From NCBI GenBank assembly GCA_030141605.1, contig JAQGDQ010000498.1, forward strand, positions 1-64,000: 64,000 bases of DNA, in the 5' to 3' direction. Each line of letters opens with the position of its first letter. Position 1 is the stretch's first letter. The position numbers were made by a program, and so were the translations under genes. The stretch is from Tubiluchus corallicola (taxonomy: Eukaryota; Animalia; Priapulida). A model generated the notes under the pieces. It did not search any database. It was not told where the DNA came from and saw only the letters and a program-made list of their open reading frames with translations. Shown here piece after piece: positions 22,768 to 35,400 of the stretch.

Positions 22768-24230
22768 GTCCTTTCGTTCACTCCTTCAAGATTTAAACCT
22801 TTTCAAGATTTTAAGCTTTTTAACTTAGTAATCAAACCCTGATTCAATTTCTAACAAGCATATGTCAACATAACAAGCGAACTGAGAGGAATTTTTCGTT
22901 GCTATAGTTTTAGTACTATAGAGTAGTATATAGACTTTTTTTTTATAGTACTTGGTAAACTTTTACTTAAGTTTACTTTTACAAAACAGCAAGCATTAAG
23001 ATTTGGTCTACAATTATAAGATTTCAATCGAAAACCTGACGTCGTTATACTAGTTAGCCAAATGATATCCTGGGTAAAGTAAGGTTATGTAACACTAACA
23101 CCAGCAAGATATCAACACCTGTTTTTTTATAACTTCAATGATTTTATCCAGCCTATTTTCAAAAATGTATATTAACTAAACATACTATGAAAGGATGTCC
23201 GTACGAGTAACAACGCAAATTAGTCAAACTATCAATTAGTAGTGACTCATAAAAAGCAGGAAATATTTTCTTCTGTTTCTTTTTCAAACAGCATTAGGGC
23301 GAATCTTTGAAAATAGCTGTCAGCTCAGACGACAAGATGTGCTGTAATCTGTGCTCGTTGGTGTTTGATCTTTGAAACTTAATTAAATACATATTTCTGA
23401 AAAATCAATTTACTTCGTAAATTGTAATATAGGTTTTTTTGTAATCTCATGATCATAGCATATTATTGTGTGGTCCTTGTTTGATGCCTTTGGTATCATG
23501 TCATGTAAATCTGTAATAAATAAAGATGATAATCTATCTGGCTGTTACTTTATCTGTTTGTCATTCTATCTTTTTTAAATTTGTTTAAAATTACTAATAG
23601 GGATGACAAAATGACAGTGATGAACCCACTCATTATAAGGTTAATGGTAACAAAGATATAATTTAATAACTGAAGTGATGGCAATATAAATGTGAGACAT
23701 TTGCAAAGCAGATAAGAGTACGCAAGATGCATTGGAGTGGCTGAGTTCGATCCTGTTTCTCTTGGAGTATCTGGCATCTGCATGGCCATGCCCCACAAAA
23801 AAGCAAGCTATGTGAGACATGTATACAATATTATTGAGGGCATATGACGGCTATATCTGCTATTGTTTCAGTAACACGTTGATGTAAGAAATTTTTCTGT
23901 ACTATTACTTAATGTTTTTTCCCACCTAGCATAATGCCATGATAAAAATAAGGTAAAAAACTTTTTATTACTAATAGTTCTATGGCTGTTTAACTGCACC
24001 CTGTATTAAAGCTTTAATAACATATTTTTATTATGTTTGATAGAACAGGAAAGCATAGGCTGAAAAGGCTTACATAGCTGACACGGTCTGACTGGACATT
24101 ATTATTTTTAATATTTGTTTATACTCGATTGTCATAGCGCTATTAAATTGTATCGATGACACAGTAAGGGTTTTGCGAGTTTTATGCCGATTCACTCCGA
24201 ATCAGTGGCAATAACCGTATAACATCATTG

Positions 24231-24242
24231 GTTGCTAGCAAC
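24231..24242. promoter_or_regulatory. Palindromic X-box-like motif GTTGCTAGCAAC about 83 nt upstream of the MORN5 ATG
   Basis: Two RFX half-sites with no spacer, in the promoter position typical of ciliary genes. Confidence 0.55.
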
Positions 24243-24324
24243 AAAAGTAAACTTAAAATTCTGTAAGAGTACGTAAATGTTTTTAGTTAAAATGCGCAAA
24301 ATATAAATTAGCGAAACATTCAGA

Positions 24325-27300
24325 ATGCAATATATTGGTAGCAAGTACACTGGCGATACCGTCAACGGCAGGTTAGTATTATGTATAGCAACGTTTTTGT
24401 TATGCATTGAGCAAACTCTAGTTCTTCGGCTTCTGTTTTCCGACTTATGCCATTTATGGTTGGTTGCGAGGTTTACACGTGCTGCATAATGTCGTATTAT
24501 TAATTTATCTGTTATAATTTTGCCCTAGGAAGCTACATTTTCCAACCCAACAGATGGCTGTGTCACAGCAGTGACGGTCAACTTAGGAATAGAATTGGGT
24601 GTAAGATATTGTTGTTTGCATACATACTTAATTCTAAACAAATTGCAATTGGCAACATACATACACCAAATTGTAATGAAGTGAATTGTAATCATCAGAT
24701 ATATGTCTCAAATACGAGGACAGTTAGTTTACCCAAATTTCTTGCTATCTATTGTAATGTTGTAGTATTAAAAAAGTACAAACAAAATATAATGATATTA
24801 ACTTTTTTTGTTAAGTTGATTTGAGTTTCTTGATTTAAATTCAAATTGTTGTTCTGTTTGCTAATTTAAATTTTGTTACATATATTTGCCGTATTTATTT
24901 ACTGTTTGCGATTTTTAATTTTAAACTCATTTGAAATTGTTATCTCAATTTTTGCCTAGTTATTTTTATTTTCTTTTTTATTTTCAATAGTTGCGTTGGT
25001 CTGTCATTATCATTTATTTGTCTACACCCACTTGACAGGCCATTGGTCTTTTCACCACCCTATCTCTTTCCATCATTATTATAGTACTTTGTTTTGTTCT
25101 ACTTCCATTTTGTAAGAATTTGGAGACAAATAAATTACTTACTATTTACTTACTTCTTTATTTAATTGGTTTATCTTATTAACACATTGTCAGTTCCTAT
25201 AACATTTTTACTATCACCAACTGAATTATTTGTCATTGTGCATTACAATATACTTTATTTCTCGAATAGAAAATGGAAGCATCTGAACATACTACACCAT
25301 TCTGCAAGTCAACTTATGAAAGTACTTGAATGCATATTAATTCTTCTCGAAAGTGCGGCTTTGCTACATTATTTCTGTATTTTTACAATTTATAGTTGAA
25401 TGGGACTAGAGCATAGATCTTCTCATTGTGCGACGGTTAGATTGAATCTACAAAATGTTTGAAGATTCCCCCGTGAAAGTACTTAGCTGTACATCCGACT
25501 GGAGGAAGAAAACCACCACCACAGAAGCACAGTGTCAGACAAAATGGAAGGAGATGAAAAAGACACACAGAAGTAACCAATCGATAAAAAGAGCAGACGC
25601 AGAGGTGCAAACACAAAGTCATTCCTCGACCGAACTTCAGCTGACGGATTCCGTGCCACCCGGGCTAATTGAGTTTCTCAATAAATGTGAGCCTCTGATT
25701 CACAAAGAGTTAGAACGAAATGTTCAGAGTCACGCATTTGATGGTTACGATGTAACTTGGACCGAGGAGCTATTAAATGTAGCATGTCGACTCACACTGC
25801 GTGACGTATCCGTCGATGAACACATGGAATGTACCGGTCTGGACTGGAATTCCACCGGATCCGTAATCGCTGTTGCGTATGGACGAGAGGACCATGAGAA
25901 CTGGTGCACACACAATGGGTCACTTAGCTTATGGAACGTTGATAGACAGAGCATTAATGTTCATAAACCTGATCACAGTATAGATACCTCAGTTTGTCTT
26001 ACATCTATTGCGTTTCATCCGTCTGAACCTACTATCATTGCTGGTGGATTATTCAGTGGTGAAGTGATTGTGTGGGACTTGGGTCAGGACGTCGACTTCG
26101 TCTTCGCTTCGTCTGATGAAGTCTGTCACAGGGAACCAGTCTCACAAGTTTGCTGGATCGTTGACCCTGCATCAAGAATTATAATTAAACATCAGTTAAT
26201 TAGCGCTAGTTCTGATGGAAAAATTCTGAAGTGGCAAGTACCAAATAGAAGACAAGCTTTGAAATTGATTGCTGGGTACGTTTTGCTTGGCGGAAGAGCT
26301 TCTCTGTCCGTTAGAGAATCGGCTAATTCAAGAGAATGCGGTATTTCTGCAGTTTCGTTTTCAAAAAAGGAAAAATCTCGTTTTGTGCTTGGTTCTGAAA
26401 ATGGATCTCTGTTTGAATGTTCATTAGATAAAACAAGTGCTTCTGTGCCAAGTACTGAGATACCGATGGAAATGTTAGCGTTGGATACAAGCTCATTAGA
26501 TCAGCACGATAATCGGGTGTCATCGATGCACATCTGTCCACATAGTGGTGTTCTGCTTCTCACAAACAGTCTCGATGGTACAATAAGGATATATAATTCT
26601 AACCAAGGTGCAGCTCCTATTTTTACAGTTGATCCTGGACATGGTGCAGTTCATTACGCAGCGTGGTCAGATTCAAAACCAGCAACTTTTGCCGCCGTGA
26701 CGGAGGACGGTCATTTACTTCTCTACGACTTGTCAGAGAACTTGTCCGCTGCAGTCCAGAAATTAAAAGCGAGCCCAGATGGCAAGCCAGTCCATCGAGT
26801 TGCATTTAATACCTCACAATTTCATTTATTGGCTACTGGTGATAAGATGGGAGTGGTTAAAATTTGGCAGTTGAGCGACAGCTTTGCACTGAGCAGCAAG
26901 AAGGCTCTGCTTGTGTTGAACAAATTTGTGGAAGTGACGTCTAAACCCGATTCAGAATTGACGTGAAGCTGGTTTTCGTATCCGACGTGAAACTTTCGAT
27001 GATTTGATTTCGAGAACTAACTGGTGAAGGATTCCTGTTTATGCAGTTTTTTCGTAAGCTTTCTGATGACCACAAAACACCGATTTAGGGCCGTGGTTTA
27101 TTGCAACTAATTGAACTAAAACAACTAGAAGCAACTGATATAATCATAGTCAAGTGAATGAATTGCTGTTTGGTTCAGTTGCAATAACTCTTACAGGGTC
27201 ATATTTGTGTGAACAAAATGGATTTATTAGCTCGCCTTTGTTTAGCATGAGTTTGCTCGTATCTTTGTCGCTAGAGATATCAAATTGTTCCAAAGTTGTG

Positions 27301-30300
27301 GCTAGCTGGCCAGTTCGAATTGCCATTTGTTATCACGATTTAGTTATTAAAAATAGCAACTTTGTGATAGTTGTTAATAAAGTTAACTTGTACTTCAATA
27401 TTAAAATCAGTTGCATTTTTCATTTTATTTTTTACTTCGTGAAATTGTAGGTGATTAACTTCATCTTACTTACAAAACAGAGCTGCGCAAGAGAAGTGTT
27501 TTGAAAACATTGTTTATTCTCAATAATTTAGTGTTTCCGAAATTAATACTGTAATCATTATTGAAAATGTTTAACCAAGCTTAAAAACACCAACATCGCT
27601 TCATGGTGAATCATTAGGATGTAGAAATAACTGCAGTACGGAGTAAGTATTACGGATTTTATATGAAAACCGTGCACGGTGAAACCGGCCACTAAACGAC
27701 TAACTAACGCAGCACGAAGCTAACGTGTTTGGCGCCTGTCTGAATAGGACAAGCCTGTTCTGAAGTCGCTTTGCCATGATTGTTGTTAATTAGGTATTAC
27801 ATAGTAGCGAACAATAGGGCTTGACTGAGGTTTTACCGAAGACTGTTTTCATGTAAAAGGCATATATGTCTGATTGCTGCACTGAGTTAAGTTTGTGAAT
27901 GCTTTTTGCACGTGTGTCACTAACTGCATGAAGTCTTACCAAGCATTCGCTGAATCAGATGATCATTTTACCTTGTGAAAGCACTAGTAGCTGAATCAGA
28001 TGATACTTTTACCTTGTGAAAGCACTAGTAATTGTTCCACTGCTTCACATTTACCCCATACAACTTAGTTTTTAATGGAAGTAGTGCCGAGAAGCTCAGT
28101 ACCGTTAACAGCCGTATTTAGGGTATAGGACTCTCTGTTCAACAGTTTCTTGTTAAAATTTTCCCGCCTAGTGTTTTCGAATGGGAAACCAACAAGCTTA
28201 TTTTTCTTCAGTGATTCTAGATCTGCTCTATATGTTTAAAGGTGAATACATATGAACGGTTTTTGCACATTGTCTGTTCAAACGCTCGTTGCACTGGTTT
28301 ATTTTAGAGCTAACTGCTTGGGATGCATTATTAGATGTGTTCATAATTGATTGACTGCTTGAATGTAGGTGTCACCACCATCAATTCTTAGGTTAAGTCT
28401 TTTAGGTAGATCAGGACTTGTGTTACTTTTGCTTGAGTATTAGGTACGTTTCACTGGGACTATGTCAACAATGCTGTGACTGCAACTCAATGTCTACTGT
28501 CTGCAAAACTACACATTTCTGTTCTTTATGTTGCTATAACTTGTGGAATCTTTAATTATTAACTGAGAAAAGAAGTTAAAATGAGTTGTAGAAACGTAAT
28601 TTTATTAACCGAATTAAGATTTTAATCGAACATGATACAAACTGCATATGACTTGTTTTTAAGCATTACAGTGCACACTTAGCAAGCGATACAGCTATAT
28701 GAATGACAATACAAACTCGGTATATAACGTGAATGAATCATAATTTTTCGTGCATGTCCTTGCTAATATATTTAAGAGAGAAATGTTAATGTCAACTGAT
28801 AAACACTTTGAACAGATTGGAAGGCAGAGGAAAGTACACATTCCCAACAGGTACAGTATACGAAGGTGACCTAAACGATGGTCAGCTACATGGGCAAGGA
28901 ACCCTGTATTTCACCGGTGGTAGCAAGTGCGATGCAACATGGACGAGAGGAATAGCCACAAATGTAAGTTCCTGAACAGTGATTTACTTTAACATAAATA
29001 AGTCTTTCCATAGTTTCATTGTGCACATGCGCAGTTGCTGTAGGTCACAGGTTAAGGGTGTCAACTACAATGATCACATGACATGCGGGTAGAGCAAAGC
29101 CGTCAGTTCAGTAACTTCAGTTGTTTTATGTGGACTTTACTTAGTTATGTTCTAATCTATGCGTAAAGTTTTGCAACATACCGCTGTAGAACTACACTTC
29201 CGGTGTTAAAGCAGCCAAAATGTGCAGTATAACGCATTGATTGACATAGCTATGCTGCACCTATTCAGCACATTAAAATTAACTAGGCAAAAGAATAAAG
29301 GTTACATAGTAGAATGGCTTTGATGTTTAATGAACCTTGTCTTATCGCCAACCCCGCTATACTGCCATATTTAGTGGTTCCAGACTTGGCGTTATAACAA
29401 GGTTTGAAGGTAAAATACAGATGTAACAATATTGGTTTTTGAATACTTTGAACCTGTGGCTTCCTGTGTGCTTGCTTTCATTCTGACAAAGAATACTCGA
29501 ATTTTCACCATAATTTACCAATAAACGCTGCACCTTGTAGATATTCTCTATTTGATAATTCTTCTTACTATAGACGTGTTACAAACTTTTTTTTTACTTT
29601 TTGCAGTTAAGCATCACATTTAAAGATGGACTCTTATATCACCCAGAAGATTGGAAATACTGCACTCCGCAGGATCGTAGATTTTACTCAGAAATCTGCT
29701 TCGGCCTTCAGCCTGCTGGTAATAATTAAATTAATAGTTTTTTCGTACACAAATCACCCTGAGCGATCAGTTGAGATGAGGGTTACAATGAAAAGGTGAA
29801 AATAAAAGTCTAGAAAAAGCGAATATTTATAAGTAATTTGCTCATGATGTGATGTTGTAGTTAACAAGAAATAATTTTCCAATAAAGAGTTTCACAGCTA
29901 AGAAGCCCGAGGGAAAAAATGGATTGTCAAGCAGCTTTTCTGCATCTGTGAGTATCAAGGGCGCAAATTCGCCATGCAGCAAGAACTTCAAGCAAATTAT
30001 CGCAGTATACTATGCATTTCATAGTGTACTAGCTTTGTTACATGCATGAGGGCTTATAAAAACATTACGATGTTATACTTTATACAGACAAACCTCGTTT
30101 TACTGCCAATCTCATTTACCACCTGCAAAATGCTCAGGAAGAATACGGCTGGATTAGACTCCATGTAAAAATAACGCGTTATACCACCACCCTGCCAACC
30201 AATTACCAGCCATTTGCCAGGCAAATTAATATACGTGTTCAAAAGGGAAACATCGCCAGCCATACCAGTGACCTTGATCTTATGTTAGCTGTACGAGGTT

Positions 30301-31993
30301 AATACATGCTCCACTGAAACTGACTGGACGTCACGTCTCGTGTAAAATACTGCGTGTTATCATGCTTTAATTGTTTACGAGCTGTACTGTACATTGTACA
30401 ATCACAATAGTAAAGGATTGATAGCTCTGTCACGTGTCGTGTAGCCATGCTTTAATTGTTTACAAGCTGTACTGTACATTGTACATCACAATAGTAATGG
30501 ATTGACAGCTCTGATATTATTGTCGATGCGCCACAAAATCATAACAGCAACTGACAGGAAAATACATGTGGTTCTTTTTCCACCACAAGAAACGTGATAT
30601 TTGCTTGTTTTCTAAGAATCGTTCAAGCAAACCTTACCAGTAAGAAATTTGTAGTTACGACTTGACCTTTTTTTACATATACATGATTAGTGGAGCAGTA
30701 GGCCTACCTTCTATTGCATGTATATGTTTGAGTTCAAGACACGTTTATTATGTAAGCAAAAAGTTCTTAATAAACATGATTGATTTTGAGTGAATCAGTA
30801 ATTTACAAATGATTAATTTAACAATGAAAATTGAAAATTGAGGAGTCGAACCCGTGTACGCTTGTCTGACTGTTTTGTGATTCGTCAATGGCAAAATTTA
30901 ACACACGTCATTACAGATATAAATAGCAACAGTTTTAACAGCTAGCTAGAACTTTACCTAGTTCATTTTTTCTTCTTCCCAAGCAAAATCCTGCTAGTAA
31001 ATCTCTCTATGCACACAAACTAATAGATTAAACATTAAACTCGCTATAACGGCAACTTCTCCCCCGTCCCAAAGCGTAGGTGGGTATAGAGACATTTGAC
31101 TGCATTGCAGCTGGAATTTACTGATTATTTTCAGGCATGTCTCAATTGACCAACAGAGTTCACGCACGACCGATACCCGAAGGATGCTATGATGTAGGCG
31201 ATGGTTTCTACAATCCCAAAGACAGAACTGTCAAAGATTATGCAGGAAAGTGGATACGTGATGTTGGTAAGTTGGCTAGTCACGTTATACAGGAAAGCGG
31301 ATACGTGATGTTGGTAAGTTGGCTAGTCACATTATACAGGAAAGCTGATACGTGATGTTGGTAAGTTGACTAGTCGCATTATACCGGAAAGCGGATACGT
31401 GATGTTGGTAAGTTGGCTAGTCGCATTATACAGGAAAGTGGATACGTGATGTTGGTAAGTTGGCTAGTCGCATTATACCGGAAAGCGGATACGTGATGTT
31501 GGTAAGTTGGCTAGTCGCATTATACCGGAAAGTGGATACGTGATGTTGGTAAGTTGGTTAGTCGCATTATACCGGAAAGTGGATACGTGATGTTGGTAAG
31601 TTGGCTAGTCGCATTATACCGGAAAGTGGATACGTGATGTTGGTAAGTTGGCTAGTCGCATTATACCGGAAAGTGGATACGTGATGTTGGTAAGTTGGCT
31701 AGTCGCATTATACCGGAAAGTGGATACGTGATGTTGGTAAGTTGGTAAGTTGGTTAGTCACATTATACCGGAAAGTGGATACGTGAATGTTGGTAAGTTA
31801 CCTAGTCACCATACATAGTAAACATACATGTCAGCATCTCAGTATATATTATAGCTATGTTAAAATCGGCACTATCGCTTACTATTTATATTTAGATGAA
31901 GAAGAGCATGAATGGGCTGTTAAAACGTGCAGAAAAGCTTGGGATGAGTTCATAGGCTACAGAGAAGACGACAAGAAAAAGAAAGAAGAGTAG
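24325..31993 (+). CDS. MORN5: MORN repeat-containing protein 5, 178 aa, 5 exons
   Basis: Exons 24325-24371 ([16 protein letters not shown]), 28816-28963, 29607-29718, 31135-31266, 31896-31993 total 537 nt in frame. The protein matches recalled MORN5 motifs (MEYTGSKYIGEYVDGR-MEG, DRRFY.EI..GL.PAG..QLTN, YD.GDGFYNP, DEHEW...CRK). Confidence 0.92.
25455..26966 (+). CDS. WDR34: WDR34 / DYNC2I2 cytoplasmic dynein-2 intermediate chain, 503 aa, uninterrupted ORF nested in MORN5 intron 1
   Basis: N-terminal LC8-type QT motifs (EAQCQT, DAEVQT), [51 protein letters not shown] and WD40 repeats; AATAAA at 27376. Confidence 0.93.
   Translation: MFEDSPVKVLSCTSDWRKKTTTTEAQCQTKWKEMKKTHRSNQSIKRADAEVQTQSHSSTELQLTDSVPPGLIEFLNKCEPLIHKELERNVQSHAFDGYDVTWTEELLNVACRLTLRDVSVDEHMECTGLDWNSTGSVIAVAYGREDHENWCTHNGSLSLWNVDRQSINVHKPDHSIDTSVCLTSIAFHPSEPTIIAGGLFSGEVIVWDLGQDVDFVFASSDEVCHREPVSQVCWIVDPASRIIIKHQLISASSDGKILKWQVPNRRQALKLIAGYVLLGGRASLSVRESANSRECGISAVSFSKKEKSRFVLGSENGSLFECSLDKTSASVPSTEIPMEMLALDTSSLDQHDNRVSSMHICPHSGVLLLTNSLDGTIRIYNSNQGAAPIFTVDPGHGAVHYAAWSDSKPATFAAVTEDGHLLLYDLSENLSAAVQKLKASPDGKPVHRVAFNTSQFHLLATGDKMGVVKIWQLSDSFALSSKKALLVLNKFVEVTSKPDSELT
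29333..29407 (-). mobile_element. Tigger/pogo-like MITE end, inverted homolog of 58139-58215
   Basis: The reverse complement aligns by eye with TCAAACCTTGTAATAATGCCAGG..CCACTAAATATGGC..TATAGCG.GGTTGGC at 58143 onward. Confidence 0.6.
30921..31012 (+). repeat. Dispersed repeat, copy 1 (copy 2 at about 62137-62229)
   Basis: AACAGTTTTAACAGCTAGCTAGAAC.TTACCTAGTTCATTTTTTCTT...ATCCTGCTAGTAAATC.CTCTATGCA is shared by both loci. Confidence 0.8.
31245..31800 (+). repeat. 47-bp minisatellite containing the MORN5 exon-4 5' splice site in each unit
   Basis: Unit GGAAAGTGGATACGTGATGTTG|GTAAGTTGGCTAGTCGCATTATACC, about 12 copies; donors at 31267, 31314 and so on. Confidence 0.96.
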
Positions 31994-32403
31994 ACTTTAC
32001 CTCATTTTATATTATAAAACAATCATCACAAATACTACATATGAAAGTAAATAGCAAATATTTTTACTTGTACAACAAAATCAGATATTACATGTATGCA
32101 ACCCATTGTTACATTTCCTTAATAAAAGAATTTTGAGAGAAAAAGACTACTTGAGCATTTTAATAAAGTAGCATTATTCGTGACATTAAGTCCTGCTGCC
32201 TGCAGCAAAATAAGACGAAAGCTTTCAGTAGAGACTCTCTGAGACATAGCATATAGCACATCACGTTACGTAGGAGTGTTGATGTGCTTTGTGCATGGTT
32301 TTCCACTGACTGAGTGAGAGGTTTATCGATTCTCCAAAAAAATACTGTAATTAGCATTCTAGTTTTCACAACTAAGGATAATTTAGACATATAATTTCAC
32401 TCA

Positions 32404-35400
32404 TCATAAGATCTGCACTGTAATTCCTAGTTTGTCGACTACGTCCTGTGATAAGCAGTAGACCGGATTAATCTGTTTTAATTTCTCTTCTCCCATGAGT
32501 GATAAACCAGCCAAACCAAACAACGTGTGAAACGGGTCGACCTGTAATGGAGAAGGAAAAACAGTGATCCACTTGTAATCCACTTGTGATCCACTTGTAA
32601 TCCGGAGCATGTTTTTATACATCAGACTCAAAACTCTTAATCTCGTAACGGCTCGCGTTTACATATTGTGGAACTGCAGCACCCCCTACTTTCACTCAAT
32701 ATTATCGCTAATATTCAATATAATACAACTTTTTTCTTTAGTTGTTTATGGTAGTACTGTTTGCTTCACAGCCCAGCACAGTGCGCTCACAGTTCAAGAA
32801 ATGTGGTGTTTGACTATTGTGTGTATGTGTCTGAGATAAGACGCTGCACTTAGCTAGAAAAAGTACTGTCGCTCACACAGTGTAGTCAATTGTCACATGC
32901 TTAAAGACTGTGCACCGGCATATTGTTGAACTGCAACAATTTAGGCTATTTGTAAGCAAACAATATTTTTTGTTTGGGATTTTATGAAGTTTATGTATAA
33001 ATTTTCGTATGTTTGCTTGTCTAATTTTAGAATTACAGCATTAAAATTAAGTTTGTTTAATTTTACACAGTATTAAAACAATGGCTAAAAATTTTCTGAA
33101 GCAAGCACCTCCAGTAATCTCAGCTACGAGCCGCTACTTCTTGTATTAACGAAGGTCACTCTGTCCACCATTTTTGCTTGCTGTTCGTGAAAATTGGAAG
33201 TAATGATTTTAAGAAGCCATGCCTCTGTTGAAATCTCAGCATGACAGTGATAAAGAAATAATCACAGCTCTAGTCTAATGCAGTGAAAAGCTAATGTCAC
33301 TGCTGTGTTAATGTCACATTAACTTTTCACTGTATTAGACTGAAACGTTGAAAAGAAAGCAAAATTTTTGGGTGCATAATTTTTTGCACAGGGGACAGAA
33401 CAATATGGCATGTATCTCTACTTAGCGAAGGAATTGTAACTGAATGCATAACAACATAATTACAGTCTAGTCTCGTTATCTCGCCACGGTCCGTCTAGGG
33501 CAAATTTTTGGCGAGAGGCGAGTATGGCGAGATAATGGGAATATAACGAAGTTAGTCTATATGTATATACATAATAGTTGATTAACATAGTGTTCCTCTA
33601 TGTAAAGTTGCTCACACTTTGTGGAAACTCAAACTTAAATGCAGCTTTGGTGTTATAGAGTAAGGATATCAGTGACGCTTTAGTTTCTCTGCGCATTAAC
33701 CAACCACAGCACTCCTAATCTAATCCTGGTGAGACATACACTAGATTAATTATGTCTGTCTATCGGGTACAGCAGCATTGTCTACATACCGCGGTTATAT
33801 TGATCGACACGCGGTATATGTATTGATCGATTCACCTCTGAGTTTGTCTGTTTGGCGACATAACGAATATAGTTTACATAAGCACTCATCCTAGCATGAC
33901 GTGGCGTGGGCGAGAAGCGAGGGTGGCGACTTAACGAGGTAAATATCAAAGCAGGAAATCCGTCCTGGTACTTTCTATGGCGAGAGACGAGTTTGGCGGC
34001 ATAACGAGGGGCGAGATAACGAGGCTAGACTGTAGATGCTTCTTCCGCCTCTCAAATACTCAAATGGAAGAAATATTACAATGTATCGGTGCTGAAGTGA
34101 CCAAAACTCGCCTGACCAGGAAACGGTCACCGGAAAGTTGAAAACTTGCTAAATCACACATGGAGTTGTACTTATGTGTGAGTTTAGATAAATTTTGTGC
34201 GACTCTGAATTTATAAACGTGTAAACGTAATTTACTGCACTACAGAATAGTAAAAGAGACTTAATACTTACCAGGTCACCTGGTCTGTCAGCAAATCCCC
34301 CAGTTTCTTCATCTTGAGAAGCCAATATAAAACTTACCAACTTGCTCTAGTTACAAAAATTCAAAGTTTGTGTAAACTTTATCAGGTATAATGTTAATTA
34401 TAATGTATTTTTTAATATTCATTAAATAATTGAAATTTTTACATAAAATTTACATTTACATTGTTGAACTTTAGTATTTCTCATAAGAATAAACCGTATG
34501 AAGAAACACAAAATCAAAAAATTTGGATTTGTTTAATGACTATGGTTGTGGAATAACCTAAATCTAATTAACTATCAAGGACTCTAAGATGAGCCACTAA
34601 ACCAGCAGAGGAGTGTCAGCCATGTTCAGATGTAGATATATTCTCCCTCTATATAGTAAGCAGTCTGAATCAGTACGCTGAATGAAAACACCCGAAGTAA
34701 TTATTGTATCAACCGTTCACCCATGCATTCACTGACTAGCTTAATGTTGCCTGACCTCTGTCACTAAGGACACCGTGACCATTTGGTTATTTGTCAACCA
34801 CGTAATTCTAATGGTTAGAGACAACTAATTACCTTGTCTATCCAATGTATCCTATCAATAATTTTTAATGACGCCAGCACCCACCATGAATAGCAAACAT
34901 CGGGTAACTTCTCCGGCCTGCCTAATAATCAAAATCAACACCAGATGTCACTTTTGCATTACACAGTTATAAGTAAACAGCATGTAAAGCTGACGGTGGT
35001 GGAGAGTTTTATGAAAAAATTTCTGACAAGTTTCAAAATCAGGTTCGACAACGGAAACCATTGCGTTTCTATAATCAATTAATTAGATACGAAATTTATT
35101 GAACTATTCAATTCAACTTCAATTTATTTATCTCTTTATAGTGTTACAATAAAACATGATTAATAAAAGAATCTCTAAAAAATTTTGAAAAATGGTTAAA
35201 ATATATAGATCTAGAACTAGAGAAAGGATAGCAAAAAGACTATAAAGTCACCTAGTCTGCTGTCCTTTACTGAATATAAATAAAATGATTTTTTAGACAT
35301 TGGTGGGCATTAATGTTATCAATTAAATTTAGGAAGCATTAGTAATTTTTAAAATTATGACATTTTCTATATAATCCAGAGAAAAGAATATACATGTAGT

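Noticed and set aside
28703-28719. Alternative MORN5 first exon (MTIQTR) close to exon 2
   Set aside because: Weak donor (GTATAT) and no similarity to MORN5, whereas 24325-24371 matches the conserved N-terminus.
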